From the NCBI GenBank assembly GCA_001642005.1, contig LWCA01000053.1, positions 2,439-66,438 on the forward strand: a DNA stretch of 64,000 nt. Reading direction: 5' to 3'. The notes below the pieces were generated by a model that saw nothing but the letters and a program-made list of their open reading frames with translations, searched no databases and had not been told where the DNA came from. Made by a program: the position numbers and the translations under genes. This DNA comes from Intoshia linei. Its lineage: Eukaryota; Animalia; Orthonectida. Positions 38,387-56,600 of the stretch are shown in pieces (the stretch's first letter is position 1; each line of letters starts with the position of its first letter).

Positions 38387-40741
38387 ATGAAATTTATAAC
38401 AAGAACTGGTTCAAAAACTTTAAAAAGTGGAAAATTTTTATTAGGGAATACAAATCGACATTTATCTACAGAAACTTCGAATTTCAAGAACTTTAAAATT
38501 TATAGATATGTAATTGATTTTTTAACTTTTTTATAGAAAATGGTAAATTATTTTAAGTACAAACCTGCAAGGCCGTTAGTATCCGGTTCTTACTCTCTTG
38601 TGCCCGCCAAAATTTTTTCAAATCCGCCGTACGTTCGTTAATCACGTTGGAAGCGAAAAAGCGTAGAAAACGTGATTTAAAATACTAAATCTTCATATTT
38701 TTAGTCAAGTTTGTAAAATTTAAAGTTTTAAATCTCACAACTAAAATTATTTTATTTACATAAATTCGTTAATATCAGTTTCACATTTTTTCGTTTTATT
38801 TTGATTTTTTTAGAAATAGTTTTGTTTTATTTTATTTATTTTGCTTGTTTTTTATTTTTAAAATCACTTGAAATGGAATTTTCCCTAAAGGGTTGGTAAA
38901 TTTATATTTTTAGTAAAAATGGTTGGATTTTTAAATGATTCATATATAAACTATTCGATTTTTTTGAAAATTTTGAATGATTTGGTTGTGAAACCGATAT
39001 ATTAAATTATATTTGTTGATATAAATGTTCAAAATTTCCTGAAAAAGGCTTTTCGTTTGAATTACCCCTCCATAGTATCTTTTATCAAAAGTTTATTGAA
39101 TAAAAATGGTTACATTTGATATATTCACCATAATTCAAAATATTGCATTTCGGTTCAGGTTTAATCAATTGATCAAAGCCGAATGTTACCTATGACCTTA
39201 ATTTTAATATATTATAATATTTTTATTTAGAATTCAGAAAACTTTACTAAACCAAAAATGGAAGCATTTAAAGTCGATATTAACAAGTGATATACAAAAT
39301 ATGTATAATTAATTATTTTAAGATGTGGACCAATGATATTGGATGCATTAATTAGCATAAAAAATGAAATTGATCCAAGTTTGACTTTTCGTCGATCCTG
39401 TAGAGAAGGTATATGCGGTTCTTGTGCAATGAACATTGATGGACTCAACACGTTGGCTTGTACAAAGTATGCAGTTAAATTACATGATATTCAAGTTAAT
39501 CCATAGCAAGAGATATATATTATTTTTTTAAATTCACAAAAAAGTAATAACCGTTTGCTGATAACTGGTTTAGGATTGTAAAAAAAATTTAAAAAATTTA
39601 TATTAAACTTCATATTACTTAAGATGTTTTAGTTTTTCACATTATTTGATATTCGTTCTGATTACGAGATTTATAATGTACATTTATTATAGAAAAATTA
39701 AAGATACGAAAAATTTGTGCAAAATTTACCCTTTACCTCACATGTATGTAATTAAAGATTTAGTACCAGTATGATTTTTATTTATGGTGCATTAATTTTT
39801 AATTAATTTGTCAATTTTAGGATATGACTAATTTTTATGCTCAGTATTCTTCAATCAAACCTTATCTGCAACGGCATACAAAAACGGAAGATAAAAAAGA
39901 AAATCTTCAATCTCCCCAAGAAAGAGAAAAATTGGTATTAATCATCTAACCACATAAATTTAACAAGTGCTAATAAATAAATTTATCGAAACTGTGATCA
40001 ACTACAGCGTACCCCACCGTTGTTCGGTATAATTCCTAAAGAATATTAATACATTTTTAAAATAAAAAATAACTATTTTCCCAACGTTGAATATCACCGT
40101 GTAAGAGTTTAATTTTATTTAGCACCACATACTTTGCTTTTCGAAAACGCTGATTTAGTACACTCGGTTTCCTGTAAATGTGTTGTTTTTTGATGAATCC
40201 TGGCAACCCCAATACATGTGGATTTATATAACAATTTTATGGTGTCCTGCCATAATTATGGATGGCTCTTTTCATGGGCTGATTATTCTGGTTTTCCAAG
40301 TTTTTATCTGTTGTATTTGAGTCTAGAATCTAGATTACAGCAAACATTATATTCAATTTTAGGATGGGTTGTACGAATGTATTTTGTGTGCATGTTGTAG
40401 TACATCATGTCCAAGTTATTGGTGGAACCAAGATAAATTTTTAGGTCCAGCCGCACTTTTACAAAGTTACAGGTGAAATTTGAATGATTTGTATTATTTA
40501 TGTAGATGGATTGCTGATTCTCGAGACGAAGAACGTGAAAGTCGGTTGAAAATGTTTAACGATGAATGGAAAATGTACCGCTGTCACTCAATTATGAACT
40601 GTTCGACAGCTTGTCCAAAGGTTTGTTATCATTATTTATTTAAATTATGTCATGTAGGGTCTTAATCCCGCATCGGCTATAATAGAATTGAAAAAGGTGG
40701 CTGCCGGTTTCAAACCGAAAAAAGTAACAACTAATATTTAA
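38387..40741 (+). CDS. SDHB: Succinate dehydrogenase iron-sulfur subunit, mitochondrial
   Basis: Basic presequence, [83 protein letters not shown]. Confidence 0.97.
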
Positions 40742-40751
40742 TAAACGGTTA

Positions 40752-41634
<883 letters not shown>

Positions 41635-41855
41635 TTAATGTATCCAAGATATATTCTTCTATATTTTAAAACCAAGTGATGTTTATTCTACAAAACGTGA
41701 ATAAACTTTTAAAATTACGAAAATATTCCACATTTAAACTGTCTGATTATGGTTTACATTTAATTTTCTGATTATATAGTATAGATAGATTACTAATTGA
41801 AAAAATTACAAACGTTTTGCACGATAACAGATTAAAAGATGTTTTTGTTGTTCAG

Positions 41856-42199
41856 ATGAAGCACACAAATATATGTTCCTTTAATGTTTCCGCGACAGCT
41901 TCCTCAAAACGACATCTCATAAAGTCTGTTCAGGTAATTAAAAGTGAGGTATTAAATTTAGTTTTTTTAGATTAATGTTTTTCTAGTTTAAAAAATTTTC
42001 TGAATACCATACGAATCCGTACGTTTCGCAAAGATTGACTAAAGAAATTTTAGAAAATCTTGACTGGGTCAGTTTAAACATTCAATCCATTAATTTACAC
42101 ATTTTGCTTGAAAAAGTTCGAGAATATTACGATTTAGAAAGTTTTTGGATAATGGGGTCAACGTTTGATGAAGAACTAGAATCAGTAGAAGGATATTAA
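41856..42199 (+). CDS. Putative 81-aa micro-protein with RVxF-like motif, 3 exons
   Basis: Two short GT-AG introns (41934-41986 and ~42072-42116) give an open frame MKHTNICS...IKSVQFKKFSEYHTNPY...WVIREYYDLESFWIMGSTFDEELESVEGY*. No homology recognised. Confidence 0.5.
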
Positions 42200-42518
42200 T
42201 ATAAACCACATGCAAAATTTAATTTAATACATTCTATTCTAAGATTTATCTTTGCTTAATTCTAATCGTACTTATCGACATGGTACGAGATTTAAAAAAA
42301 AATCAATATCAATTATAAATACGCTTCATTATATATATTGGTTTCATTTCACCGCCCACAGGGTTAATAGATTTGACGTAGCCCTTCGAAAAAAAACAAA
42401 AATTATTGTGTACGTATTTAAAAATGTAGGCATCTCACAACACCCACTTGATAATGCGTTGAGTTACAAAATTTTAAGAACGGTTATACATATTAATTTG
42501 TAATTTTAATTTACAACA

Positions 42519-44418
<1,900 letters not shown>

Positions 44419-45810
44419 TCTAAAATTTAGAATATAAACATAATTACAAATTTAAATTTGACGCCTACTGTGAAACATTTCTTTATTCATTTTTCTAATA
44501 CACATAACAACTTAATTCTTAAACTTAATTCTTATTAATTGTATTACATGAACAATAAAATATAATTAAAACACGTATCCAGTGTAAATAATAATGGGTG
44601 GAGCTTAAGTTATATTTTAAATTCTACATAAATCACAATACATCTCATTACAAATTTTGTATAATTTTAAATTTATTAAATTTTAGCTTTTAAAAATTTT
44701 AAATTTAATTGTATGCACACATGCATAAAATCAACTTATGAAAATGTATATTTTTATTGTGTGAAATATTACATTACCTTTTGAATAGATTTATTTTATA
44801 TTAAATTTGTAGATGGAGTGTTATTATAAATGAGACTGATAATTTGCAATGAAAAACAATTGCTATTTAAAATTAAATCCGAGTATAACTAGGCGTGTAC
44901 TGTATAATTCGACATATTGTCTACATTGAATTTTCACAGCTTTGGTGTAACTGTAATCATGGTTTTTGCATAATCAATATATTAGTGTACATATTTTGTA
45001 TTGAATTTAATTATTTCGGTACAATTAACCACTCGAAGAATAAAAAACAATATAGGCTGTGCTTGAAACGCAATTAAAATATGCTCCATTTGTTAAATTC
45101 CGATACTTTATATAAATTGTATAAATAACTAAATATAAATTGTTTACGCCTATTATTTAAAACGCCTTTGTTATTTTATGACATTTAGTAATTTCGTTCT
45201 ATAGTGCATAAATTAAAGTGAATTACGCTTGTAGCCAATAATTATTTTACTTATTATAAAGAATTCATATATTATGTTAGTTTGAATATTGATATATTTT
45301 ATTCATAATATGAAAGTTGATACTTTAACAATTACATGTCTGCTGTATTTTAATCTCGATTTCACAAAATTTACTAATTAAACCAATTCATATAATTTAT
45401 AAAGGCGTGTTTGATTATGAGTAACAATTTATGTAGATTTGCTGCATTTCATTTTTTCTATATACTAGAACACATTGTTCTTATATTCAAAATTATACAT
45501 AACACTGTGCAACCCAAATATAATTTTAATGTAATAGTATTAGATTTTAATAATGTTTAATAGCTAAACTGATTTAAAAAATCTACAATATCTGAGTCAA
45601 ATAATATAAAAATAATGTATATAATAGTCTTAAACCTGAGTATATGGGCCTACCGTTATAATAATAAAATACAATACACTACGTTTTCTCTAAGCTATAT
45701 AAGTGTTATAAGACAATTAGCCAAATTTTTATCAAAAAATTCATTTTTACCAATTAAATTAATTATTTTTTTTAATTAATAAATATTTTCTAAAAAGTAT
45801 ACATAGGATT

Positions 45811-46430
45811 TATCCTTAGTTATATAATATGCTACGCAATATTTATTTGAGTGTGTATGTGTGTTACTGTTTATTTCAATATCTACTAATCTTAGATTAA
45901 TTTTATAAAGTTAACATTTCAATTACAGTTTTGTCCGGGGTGTTAGCAAAATAAATTTCAACTTCCCAAACTCAGATCTTACAGGTCAAAAAGCCCAATT
46001 GTCCTTTTTTTGAAAATTCAACTAGTTCGAGAGTTTTAAAAAATATATACTCTGATATGGATTTTAAAATCATAAACAGTATCATAAATTTAAAATTAAA
46101 AAAATATATCTTCAGGGTCAAAACCCCAAATCACCCCTTTTTTTTATTATGAAAACAGCCCTAGAATTTAAAAAAATGTACTGCTGATACAATTGTATCC
46201 TGTTAACACACACAAAAAACTTAAATCTGAATAAGTGACGCCTTCACGGTCAAAAAAGCTTTTTAGTATTCACATATATATTTTTTTCGAAATAGTTTAT
46301 TAAAAAAAAATGTGAAATAATTAACGGTCCGAAATTAAAAAAAAAAAAATTATTCTGATAGAGCTTATTCCAGTTGATATAAATAAAAAATTTCCACCCC
46401 AGAAATCTACGCATTCCCGGTAAATAATAA
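45811..46430 (+). repeat. Longest copy of Helitron-like dispersed repeat (others ~22190-22470, 25190-25660, 27150-27470, 59400-59650)
   Basis: 5' a|tccttagttatataatatgctacgc plus GT-rich microsatellite, also at 27150 and reversed at ~25615-25660; shared internal blocks; no TIR or TSD seen. Confidence 0.6.
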
Positions 46431-48168
46431 TTTTTAATATATTATCAACCAATAGCAAGTTATAGAATAAAATGTTAATAGCCTATATTACAGTAATAAT
46501 CATAATGCGATATAAAGAGGAAATGTTTGGACAGAATACTGTACTTAGTAAAAAAAATTGAAAACTTGAATAAAAAAAAGTATAGAAACTGATAAAAATA
46601 CAAATATGTATCAAATTCTAATGCTAAGATCAGGATGAGAACCATTTCGTGTTAACGAGCAAATTAAAGTATAAAAAATGACTTGGCAAATATAAAAAAA
46701 TTATGTATGACAGGTATACTTTGTTTCCGTTAGAACCAGAATCAAAAATTGTATTATTTTAAAATTAATTAAGTTGCATACAATAGTAGCGGAGTTAGAA
46801 TTTTCCGTCAGGGTAGGAGGTGGGCGTTTAATTATAATTATTAATGGGTCAAACTCATATAATATATTTAAATTACAATTTTTATATGATGTTTTTTTCT
46901 GTTGATGTTTGATTGTTGTACTTTTATAAGACCTGTACTGATAATGCATCTGATTGTACTAAAAACTAGTTTTAAAATTTTACGCGTCATTAACGTTTTG
47001 ACCTGGGTCGTGGATAGGGACTAGGGGCCATATGATCCCTGCCTACAATCATGAGGGTCCTACTTTCTAAATTTATTATTAGGTAATATAAAATTTCTTA
47101 AGTATGCCAAAATTATTTAATTTTTATGTTGACCAATGCGATTTCCAATAATTATTTTTAATTTTTAGATAATCAACGACCGATTAAGCAGTGTATAAAA
47201 ATTCCATTTTTTAAAAATTTTTTATAGAGCCCACTGTTGGCTCTCCACGTCCCTGGTTTTAACCACCCTGAATTAGATGTTTGAATATTGTAAAATTATT
47301 TATACAATATTTCAATCATTTAAATTTCTGTAATAAAAAATTACCTAAATCAGCGGATCCCAAATGCCGGTGCGCGGAAAATATTTACAATATAAATTAA
47401 ATAAATTTATTTTTAATTTTTCTTGATAATTTCGTTTAAGGGTTTGCGAGAAATTTTATCGAAAATTACTGTTCCACAATGAAGAAAGTGTAGGAATACC
47501 TGATCTGCATGAACCTCTAAACTTCAAAATAGTCATTAAGATTGTCAATTTTCTAGATAAATTGTTACTGATACTAATTTGCAGACACATTTTTTAGCAA
47601 CTTTTAATAGTATACGTTCAAGAGTGCTTTCTAAGGTCATGTTCGAATTAAATTGTGATGCAAAGTATTTGTTAATATCGTTTCTGTACAATGTCTGACA
47701 TTATACTCTTTTTAAACAAGGAGAAAATCATTTCCCTTGCAATTAATAATTCAGTAAAGTATATATTGATATTCACTTTTTCATGAAACGTTTTTAATGC
47801 ATATCTTCACTCTTAGGGTATTAAATTATATATATATATATTATTGACACGTGAATGCGGTACAAGTGTCCAATTAAAATTCTGAATTAACTTATTTTTT
47901 AATTAGTCAATAATTAGAAGCCTAATTAATGTAATAAACAATTGTTTATGATTGATGTTATAATTATGTGATTATCAAAATTTTTTAAAATCAGGGCTCA
48001 TTTTTTCATAGGTTAAAATCCCAGCCACGGAGGAGGCTAAGTTGTATGATGAAAATTTTTTAAGTCTATTTTTATTTTGGGTTCCAAATATGATAGATTC
48101 GGTTGTGGGTACATTAGCAAAAATACCTTCTATTACACTACTGGTTGGATAAAAATTGTATAAATGTT

Positions 48169-49374
<1,206 letters not shown>

Positions 49375-50611
49375 ATTTCGATAGTCAAGTAAATTGCAAC
49401 GGGTAAAGTTTAATTATTTTAAGTCAAGTGATTCATCTCAAGAAATTAAAATCAATTATAAACATAACCATGGCTAAATTATTTATCTCAAAACAAAATT
49501 GAAAAAACAAATCAACCGTAGCAAAATATATTCCAATGTTGAAAAATTGAAAATAAAAATCAACATCAATAAATTATATTATAAAAATGCGTCATGTGAA
49601 TTTAATATAAGCCTTATTATGAAATTTTGACTCATGAAATGTGTATCTTGATCTCACTTTATAAAAAAGTAAAATGATTATACTTTAAAAAATGTTTTAA
49701 TAAATAATTCAGAGTATAGAATGTAGTTTAAACCTGTTTAAAAGTACGCCTTTGTATAAGTGTTAGTCGAATGAAGTAAAAAATGATTTATGATGTAAAT
49801 AAAATTCATATTTACTTACATAATTGTTAATAATCTTGTATAATATTGTTAATAATCTTCATTAATATATGATGAAGTGGAAACATACAAACATACTATA
49901 CACTAATGTACTGATAAGAAAGATTTAATTCGAAACTACAATCAATTTAAATTTATAAATAATGAACACCGATAGGTATTGTAAAATAGGCGGGATTTTT
50001 TATATTTCTAAAATCTCTAATTTAGTACAGATTGGTAAAATACGAATAGATAAATATTAAAATTCCAACTAATTTATGCACATGGTTTATCAAACGTATA
50101 TATAAATAAAATAAAAAAAGTACCGTCAATTGGCAATGGACAGGGCTTACAGCAAAAAGAAGTATCTATTTTTGAATAGAAAATATCAATATTGTGTGAA
50201 ACAAAGGCGTGTAAAATAAGCTATAGCGATAAATAATTTCGTCTGTCTGCATATCCTACTCTTCTCAGTGAGTTCTCACGTTAAAGTGAGACTAGTACAA
50301 ATTTTACTGTTACATGTGACTATGACATCTTTAATAATCAATACTTTCAGTTCAGTCGCATAATTATCGTATTACAACATCAATAGTGAGACTACTTTTG
50401 GTCTCTTTTTGTAACGCCTTACAATTAGTATGTCGACAAATTTCGATATTTTTACATTTTTTAGTTCAACTTGTATTAGTGCAAAGTAATGTACTGTAAA
50501 AATTAACAGGAAATTGTAATCATTAATTAGTTTCAATTTTTGTAAAATCTCAGTAAATTAAAAAATTAATATAAAACACATTTTAGTGAAATGTTTATGT
50601 ATTCATACAAT

Positions 50612-53600
50612 TTATATTAAACATTTTGGACAAGCTTTACTTGTTGGATTTCTTATTTTAGAATATGAGCACATTATATCGTAACAATTTGAATGATAGA
50701 CATGTAAACACCTAAAAGAAATTTATTGTTCATTTCTAAGAAATATTTTATAGTATAGGAATACTCGGATAGGACGGTTCATAGTTACCACCAGGATGTG
50801 AAGCTATGGACTAGGTATCCACATGCCCGGACTTACAATCATGAGAGTTTACTATTCTAATTTAATAATTAATAGGTACTGTTGAAAAATTTCCTATTTT
50901 TCGGAAATTTTAAGATGACCAATGCGATTTAGAACTGTAATTTTTAGTTTATATAAACCACCGGTGGGGAAGTATTTATTGTTCGAATGCCGCACTAACG
51001 TCTCAAAAAAATTTAATAAGGCCGCACCTTTCTAAATAAAATTTGTTCAAATACAACAGTGCTTCTCATGGGGGTGAATACGAAAGTTTTAGATGATTGG
51101 GGGTGAATGATAAATTTTTAGATAAATCTATGAGAAAAAACATAATTTTACCAACCCTTAAGGAAAAAACCGTTTTTACCAATATTTTTCTGAAAAATCC
51201 CATTTTACCAAAAATAAATATTTTAATTAATAAAATAAATTTAAATGAAAAATAATTCAAATTTTTCAGACGAACGCACCAAATCGTCAATAAGGCTGCA
51301 CTTTCCCCCTCTTATATACACGATTGATTAAACAATGTATCCTATTAACCTGTGTCCAAAAACACCTTATTTAGAGTAAACAAAAAATAGCCCATGGGTA
51401 AATATAAGCAATTTTATGTATGCTACGAATATTCATATGAAAATACTGTCAAAATTTTTACTAAATTTAAAATTGAAGTTTATTAAATCCGTATTGAATT
51501 TGTCGTTATAATGTAAATTAAATTTTTCTCTATCAGATAAACTTTATCTATTAGATAAAGTACTGGGCAAACTACGGCCCGCGAAATCATGCTTCATACT
51601 TATGTTTACAATCAAATTTTGAAATTAATTGTTTACATTGTAAATTTTACAACATGTCATATTCTATTTAGATAATTAACCGTTTATTTTTGCGCATTAG
51701 ATAAAATTTTCCTATCTTTATCTCTTTTAACATGTAAATAAAATATGAATATAATAATAATAATTGTATATTTTCAATTAGATTAAACTAAATGCAATGA
51801 TATAAAAATTAAATTTTTTGGTTGGTTTTATCAATAGTTGAACAACAAAATTATTTTTATTATTTATCAATAATAGGCTAATTTTTGTTCAAATTTGATC
51901 AAATTTTCTTTTATTTTTTGCATAAATATAATTATAAATACATACAATTTTGAAACTTAATAATAAACACTAATAATTAAAACACACTCCAAAAATAATA
52001 AGTGTTAATTATTTAAATGGAATTTTGACACTTTAATATTTAAAAAAAGCAATCAAATTTAGAAGCAAAATAGAATTTCATCAATTTAAATTGTTTCATG
52101 CGTATTCACGATATTTGTGCGGCCCGCGACATAATGATACGTGGTCAATGCGGCCAGCATATCAATAAGTTTTCCCACCACTGAGATAAAGGTTTAAAGT
52201 AAAAAAATTCAGTTAAATTATCACAAAATTACTTTAAGTTGCATATTATTTACATATGTTAAAAAATATATAAAAAATGGGAATATAAATATATAAGTTT
52301 ACATATAATAATTTTACAATATGTACTTCTTTAGTTTAATCTTATTTCAGGATTAATAAAATATCTAATCAAAACGTGTTCCAAATTTTCAAGTGATTTA
52401 GATTGATTTAATTTTTCATTGGCCATTCTAAACACCCTTTCCGTCAATTCATTTGTGCAATGATTTAAATCAAAATTGGTCAAAATCTTTTTGATTAGAA
52501 CATTTTTTGAAGAATTAAATATATGTATTTTTTTATATAAAGTGGAAAAAAATACTTTCTTATTTTCTTAATATTTCAAGAAAATTTCTTAAGTATAATA
52601 CCAATGCGATTTCCAACAATTATTTTCCATTTGTAGATAATAAACTGTTTATTAAGCAATGGATAGTGACCCATTTTTAAAAAAAATGTTATAGGGGCTA
52701 CTGCTGACTCTGCACCGCCCTGGTGCATACACTTGTAATTTAAACAAAATGAAACTTACACAAAATAAACAATTGGGTTATATTGATTAAGTTCGGTGTA
52801 TTCATTACAATAATAACAAACTGTGGTAATATGGTTTACGGCAACATCCATATTATTAAATAACTTATTAACAGTATTAAAATTATCTTGAATTAATATA
52901 TTTCGGTGGGCTGTGGCATTTATCTAAACAGGATAAAAGAATCAAATATTAAAAATGTATAATAACTAGAGTAGACAAAAACGAGTAAAATGATCGAAAT
53001 ACTCTTTTACACTAAAATGATTGACATCTGCTCTTTTTAATACAAATTTTGCATTTCTACTAAATGTAAATGTATCTGTAAAAATGTACTCGTTTTTCAA
53101 TTTATAGTGCTCGATTTTTTCAAAATTTACTTGCTCTTTTGTGTTCACCATATAAGTAGACATTTTGTATTATACAGTAAATATTTAATTTTTATATTTA
53201 AATTCTAAAACTTTCACATTTTGAGGTTTAATTTTATATTTAAACAGTTTTAAATTTTATTTTCTTGATAAATTTCTGAGTTTTTTTCTCTTTCTCAAGC
53301 TTATCCGACCATCTCATTACATTTTAAACATTAAGCAAAATATTCTATTTTAATTTCATTGGTGCTTAAAATGAAAAGTATGAAATATTCAATCAAGCAA
53401 GTATTCCAAGATTTAAATCAGTTGACCTTCGCTGAAATGTATGTAAGATAAAAAAAATATTTACAAAAAAGAATGATTTCAAACGGTCTTAATATTATGA
53501 ATCCTGTAGGAAATATGGAACCATCTTTATATTGTGATTTACAACTCTGCAACTCCACTTCTTGTTCAGTAGAATGATCATTCTCAATGTTAAAACGTAT

Positions 53601-56600
53601 TTTAACGAAAAATCGGTCATTTAAAAGTTTTAACGTTGAAACATATTTTTTTTATACATAAATAAATGAATGATAATTATAGGTATATAAATAAATGATC
53701 AACTAATTTGAACCAGAAAATTTTGATAATTGTTGTGGTTTAAATCTAATTTATTTGATATTATTCAATTTTATTTTGGCAATATCCGTTATTCTTTTTC
53801 ATTTGATTAATGATTTTTATCTAAATTTTTTGTTTTCAAACGCATTGTAAATATAAATCAACGATAACATTTTATTATTGCTCTTTTTATTTTGTAGATA
53901 CTCGAAATTAAATGCATGAGCTCGTTTTCAAATATGAATGTTTTTTAACAATTTTACATACAATTAAAATATCAAAAACACGGTTTTAGCACGATTATGT
54001 CATAAAGCTAATGCACTCAGCTATATATATTATCATTAAAATGAGCATGATACATTTTATTATTTTTCTACTCGTTTTATCATTTCAAAAGTTCTCTTTT
54101 TAGTCTACTCTAATAACATTAAATACAATATATACTTGGTCATGTTTAAAATTTCCGACAATAGCATTAAGAATATCTCTAATGTCGCCTAATTTTCCTC
54201 TAAAAGCTTTACTCTAAAATATTTATAATACAAATGTAGTATTATATAACTCAGATTAATTAAAAATAACATACACTACTGAATCAAATAGTAAGATACA
54301 CTTGGCAAATACAACCTTTTTCATAATGTAAACCCTTCATTATTTTTATTTCTCATGGAAAATTACAAAAAAAATCGAAATGTTTCTAAATAAAGATACA
54401 TACCAAAAATTTTTTCGAAGCGCATGAAGATTTTGGGAGTTGAAAAACACTGCAATATTCAGTACAAAATAAACGAAACTTAACATTTACATTGTATTTT
54501 GGAAGTAAATACTTGAAAGACATTTTTATAATTTTAGTAAATGTTAATGATTTGCTAAATAAAAAATTTACTTGGAATACATACTCCAAACTATCATAAT
54601 AATATGTTGTATTGCTAAGTTGTTTTAAAAGATAACACATGGACATGCGGTAAACTAAATAATTAATGAAAATGTGCATAATTTAAAATATAAATGTAAA
54701 ACTGGTTCGAAATAATACTTGGTATTTTAGAAACATCTTCAAACTGTCGATCTTCAAGAAACAAGTTTAATAAATTAAACCACAGATCCTAAAAAAATAG
54801 TAACAATAAAGAAAATGTGAAAATTACTTTACAATTGAAATCGTTAACCGAAGATTCCCAAAAAATAAGTTTTTCAGAAGTCAATTGCAATATTTCTAAA
54901 TAAATATTTAACTAAAAAAAAGAAAAATTAAATATTCAAACTTGTCAATGCATTATTTTCATTTATAACACCATCCGATTCTACATTGATTTGGTAAGAT
55001 TTAATAGTTTCACTGATTTGCTATAAAACCATTAAAATATCATAAGGCAAAAAATAAACACCTGTAACAATAGTCGATAGGCTTCACTGTACCCACCAAT
55101 TCGTTCCAACAAATATAATGACCCCATCAGATTCTTTTTACGGTAACAAATCTTAAAAATTAAGTAAGATTAATAAATTTTTACTTTAATGCATTCATGG
55201 GTATTATATTCTGTAAAATCTCGAAAAAAGTGTTCCACTGATGACGGATCCCAATCACATTTAAGTTCTATGTACCTCTTTATAGAATTTTGAGCAATAG
55301 ACGTATCATTGAAATAACGATCTCTGAAACAATTATAAACTATAAATAAATAATGTCAAATAAACCGATTATTATAAATAGCATCGAGAAAACTGTAAAT
55401 AGTTTTATCATCTTTTAAATATGACATTATTGTTTCAGTTGAAATTTCACATTCAATAACGAAAGTATATGTAGCACTAAAATTATCAATGGCTAATAAT
55501 TTCTGAAACAAAGATATAATATAAACAAATTAAATAAACCTCAACATTAATGAGCAGAGCATTTTTAATTTTTTTAGCTTCTTCACGTGATAAGTCCTTT
55601 AAAGACAAGAGATTGGAAATTAGTTTAAAAATACATTTCTAAATTGATAATATAAATATTATATATATTAATATTAACCTCTCTTTCATTTCCTTGCTCA
55701 ATATAACAATAAATGATACAATCAAATTTTCTTTGGTGCATATATATCTGTTCTCTGACTAAATTACTAAAAATTTACAACATTATCTTTTTAAATACAA
55801 ATTTCGCTCGATACAGACTTTTTCAAGGCTTTCAACATCAAACATTTCAAAACCATAATTTTTAATTAATTTTATTATTGTGGTTTCATGTCGATCCAAA
55901 TGATCGATATGATTCAAAGTTAAATGTTCAACTATCTAATTTATAAGTATTTTTATTTTAAAATTTATTTTACCGTCTCAATTAATTCCATACTGGCTGT
56001 AAGTTGACGTTTAAATATGCACAATTGTTGAGCCAAAAAATTGTAAAAATTTTGCTTTGTTACTGACTAATAATTTGTAAAAAACAACAAAAAATCTACA
56101 ATACATCAAAATCGTTGGATTCGATAATTTCAATCATAATGTCTATAACATTTTGTATATCGTCAATTCTTAAAAAAAGTTTTAAACATTTTTTAATAAT
56201 TATTACCCATTTTCTAATCCAAATATTCTACTTTTAAAGGCCTATTTTTATTTCCATTAAATATATAAAATTGAATTACACATTCCATCATTCCACAAAA
56301 CTGAAAACTGTCAAATTTTAACAAAAAGTAAATATAGGGATAATCGTATTCGGCTAAATTGATAGTTAAAACAGTCACCATTGAAACATACAGTTATTAG
56401 ATCGGTATGTAACCAATATTCGTAAAATCTAAAAACAATGAAAAAATAATAAATATCAAAGTTACACTATTTTTAATTTCCAAAGAATTAATTTCTGAAA
56501 GTTCTGAATAATCGAAAAAATAGGAAGGTGATAGATGAATTCCGTTTAAGCACATTCTATAAAAAAATAAATTAATTTATACATTATTCAACCTTGAATT

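Noticed and set aside
38560-38680. GC-richer intronic patches as possible ncRNA/tRNA (also 40015-40320 and 56675-56870)
   Set aside because: No cloverleaf, A/B boxes, C/D or H/ACA boxes or Sm site recognised; they adjoin repeat sequence and look like TE ends.
39227-39451. 74-aa minus-strand ORF
   Set aside because: Antisense to SDHB exons.
50273-50280. CSL/Su(H)-like site (CGTGAGAA on the minus strand) upstream of Sp paralogue B
   Set aside because: A single unpaired 8-mer; could arise by chance in 64 kb.
52331-52560. Open frame first considered as the VPS8 terminal exon
   Set aside because: Splice phase does not fit, and the missing RING-H2 half is at 50711-50612; better explained as a hAT remnant.
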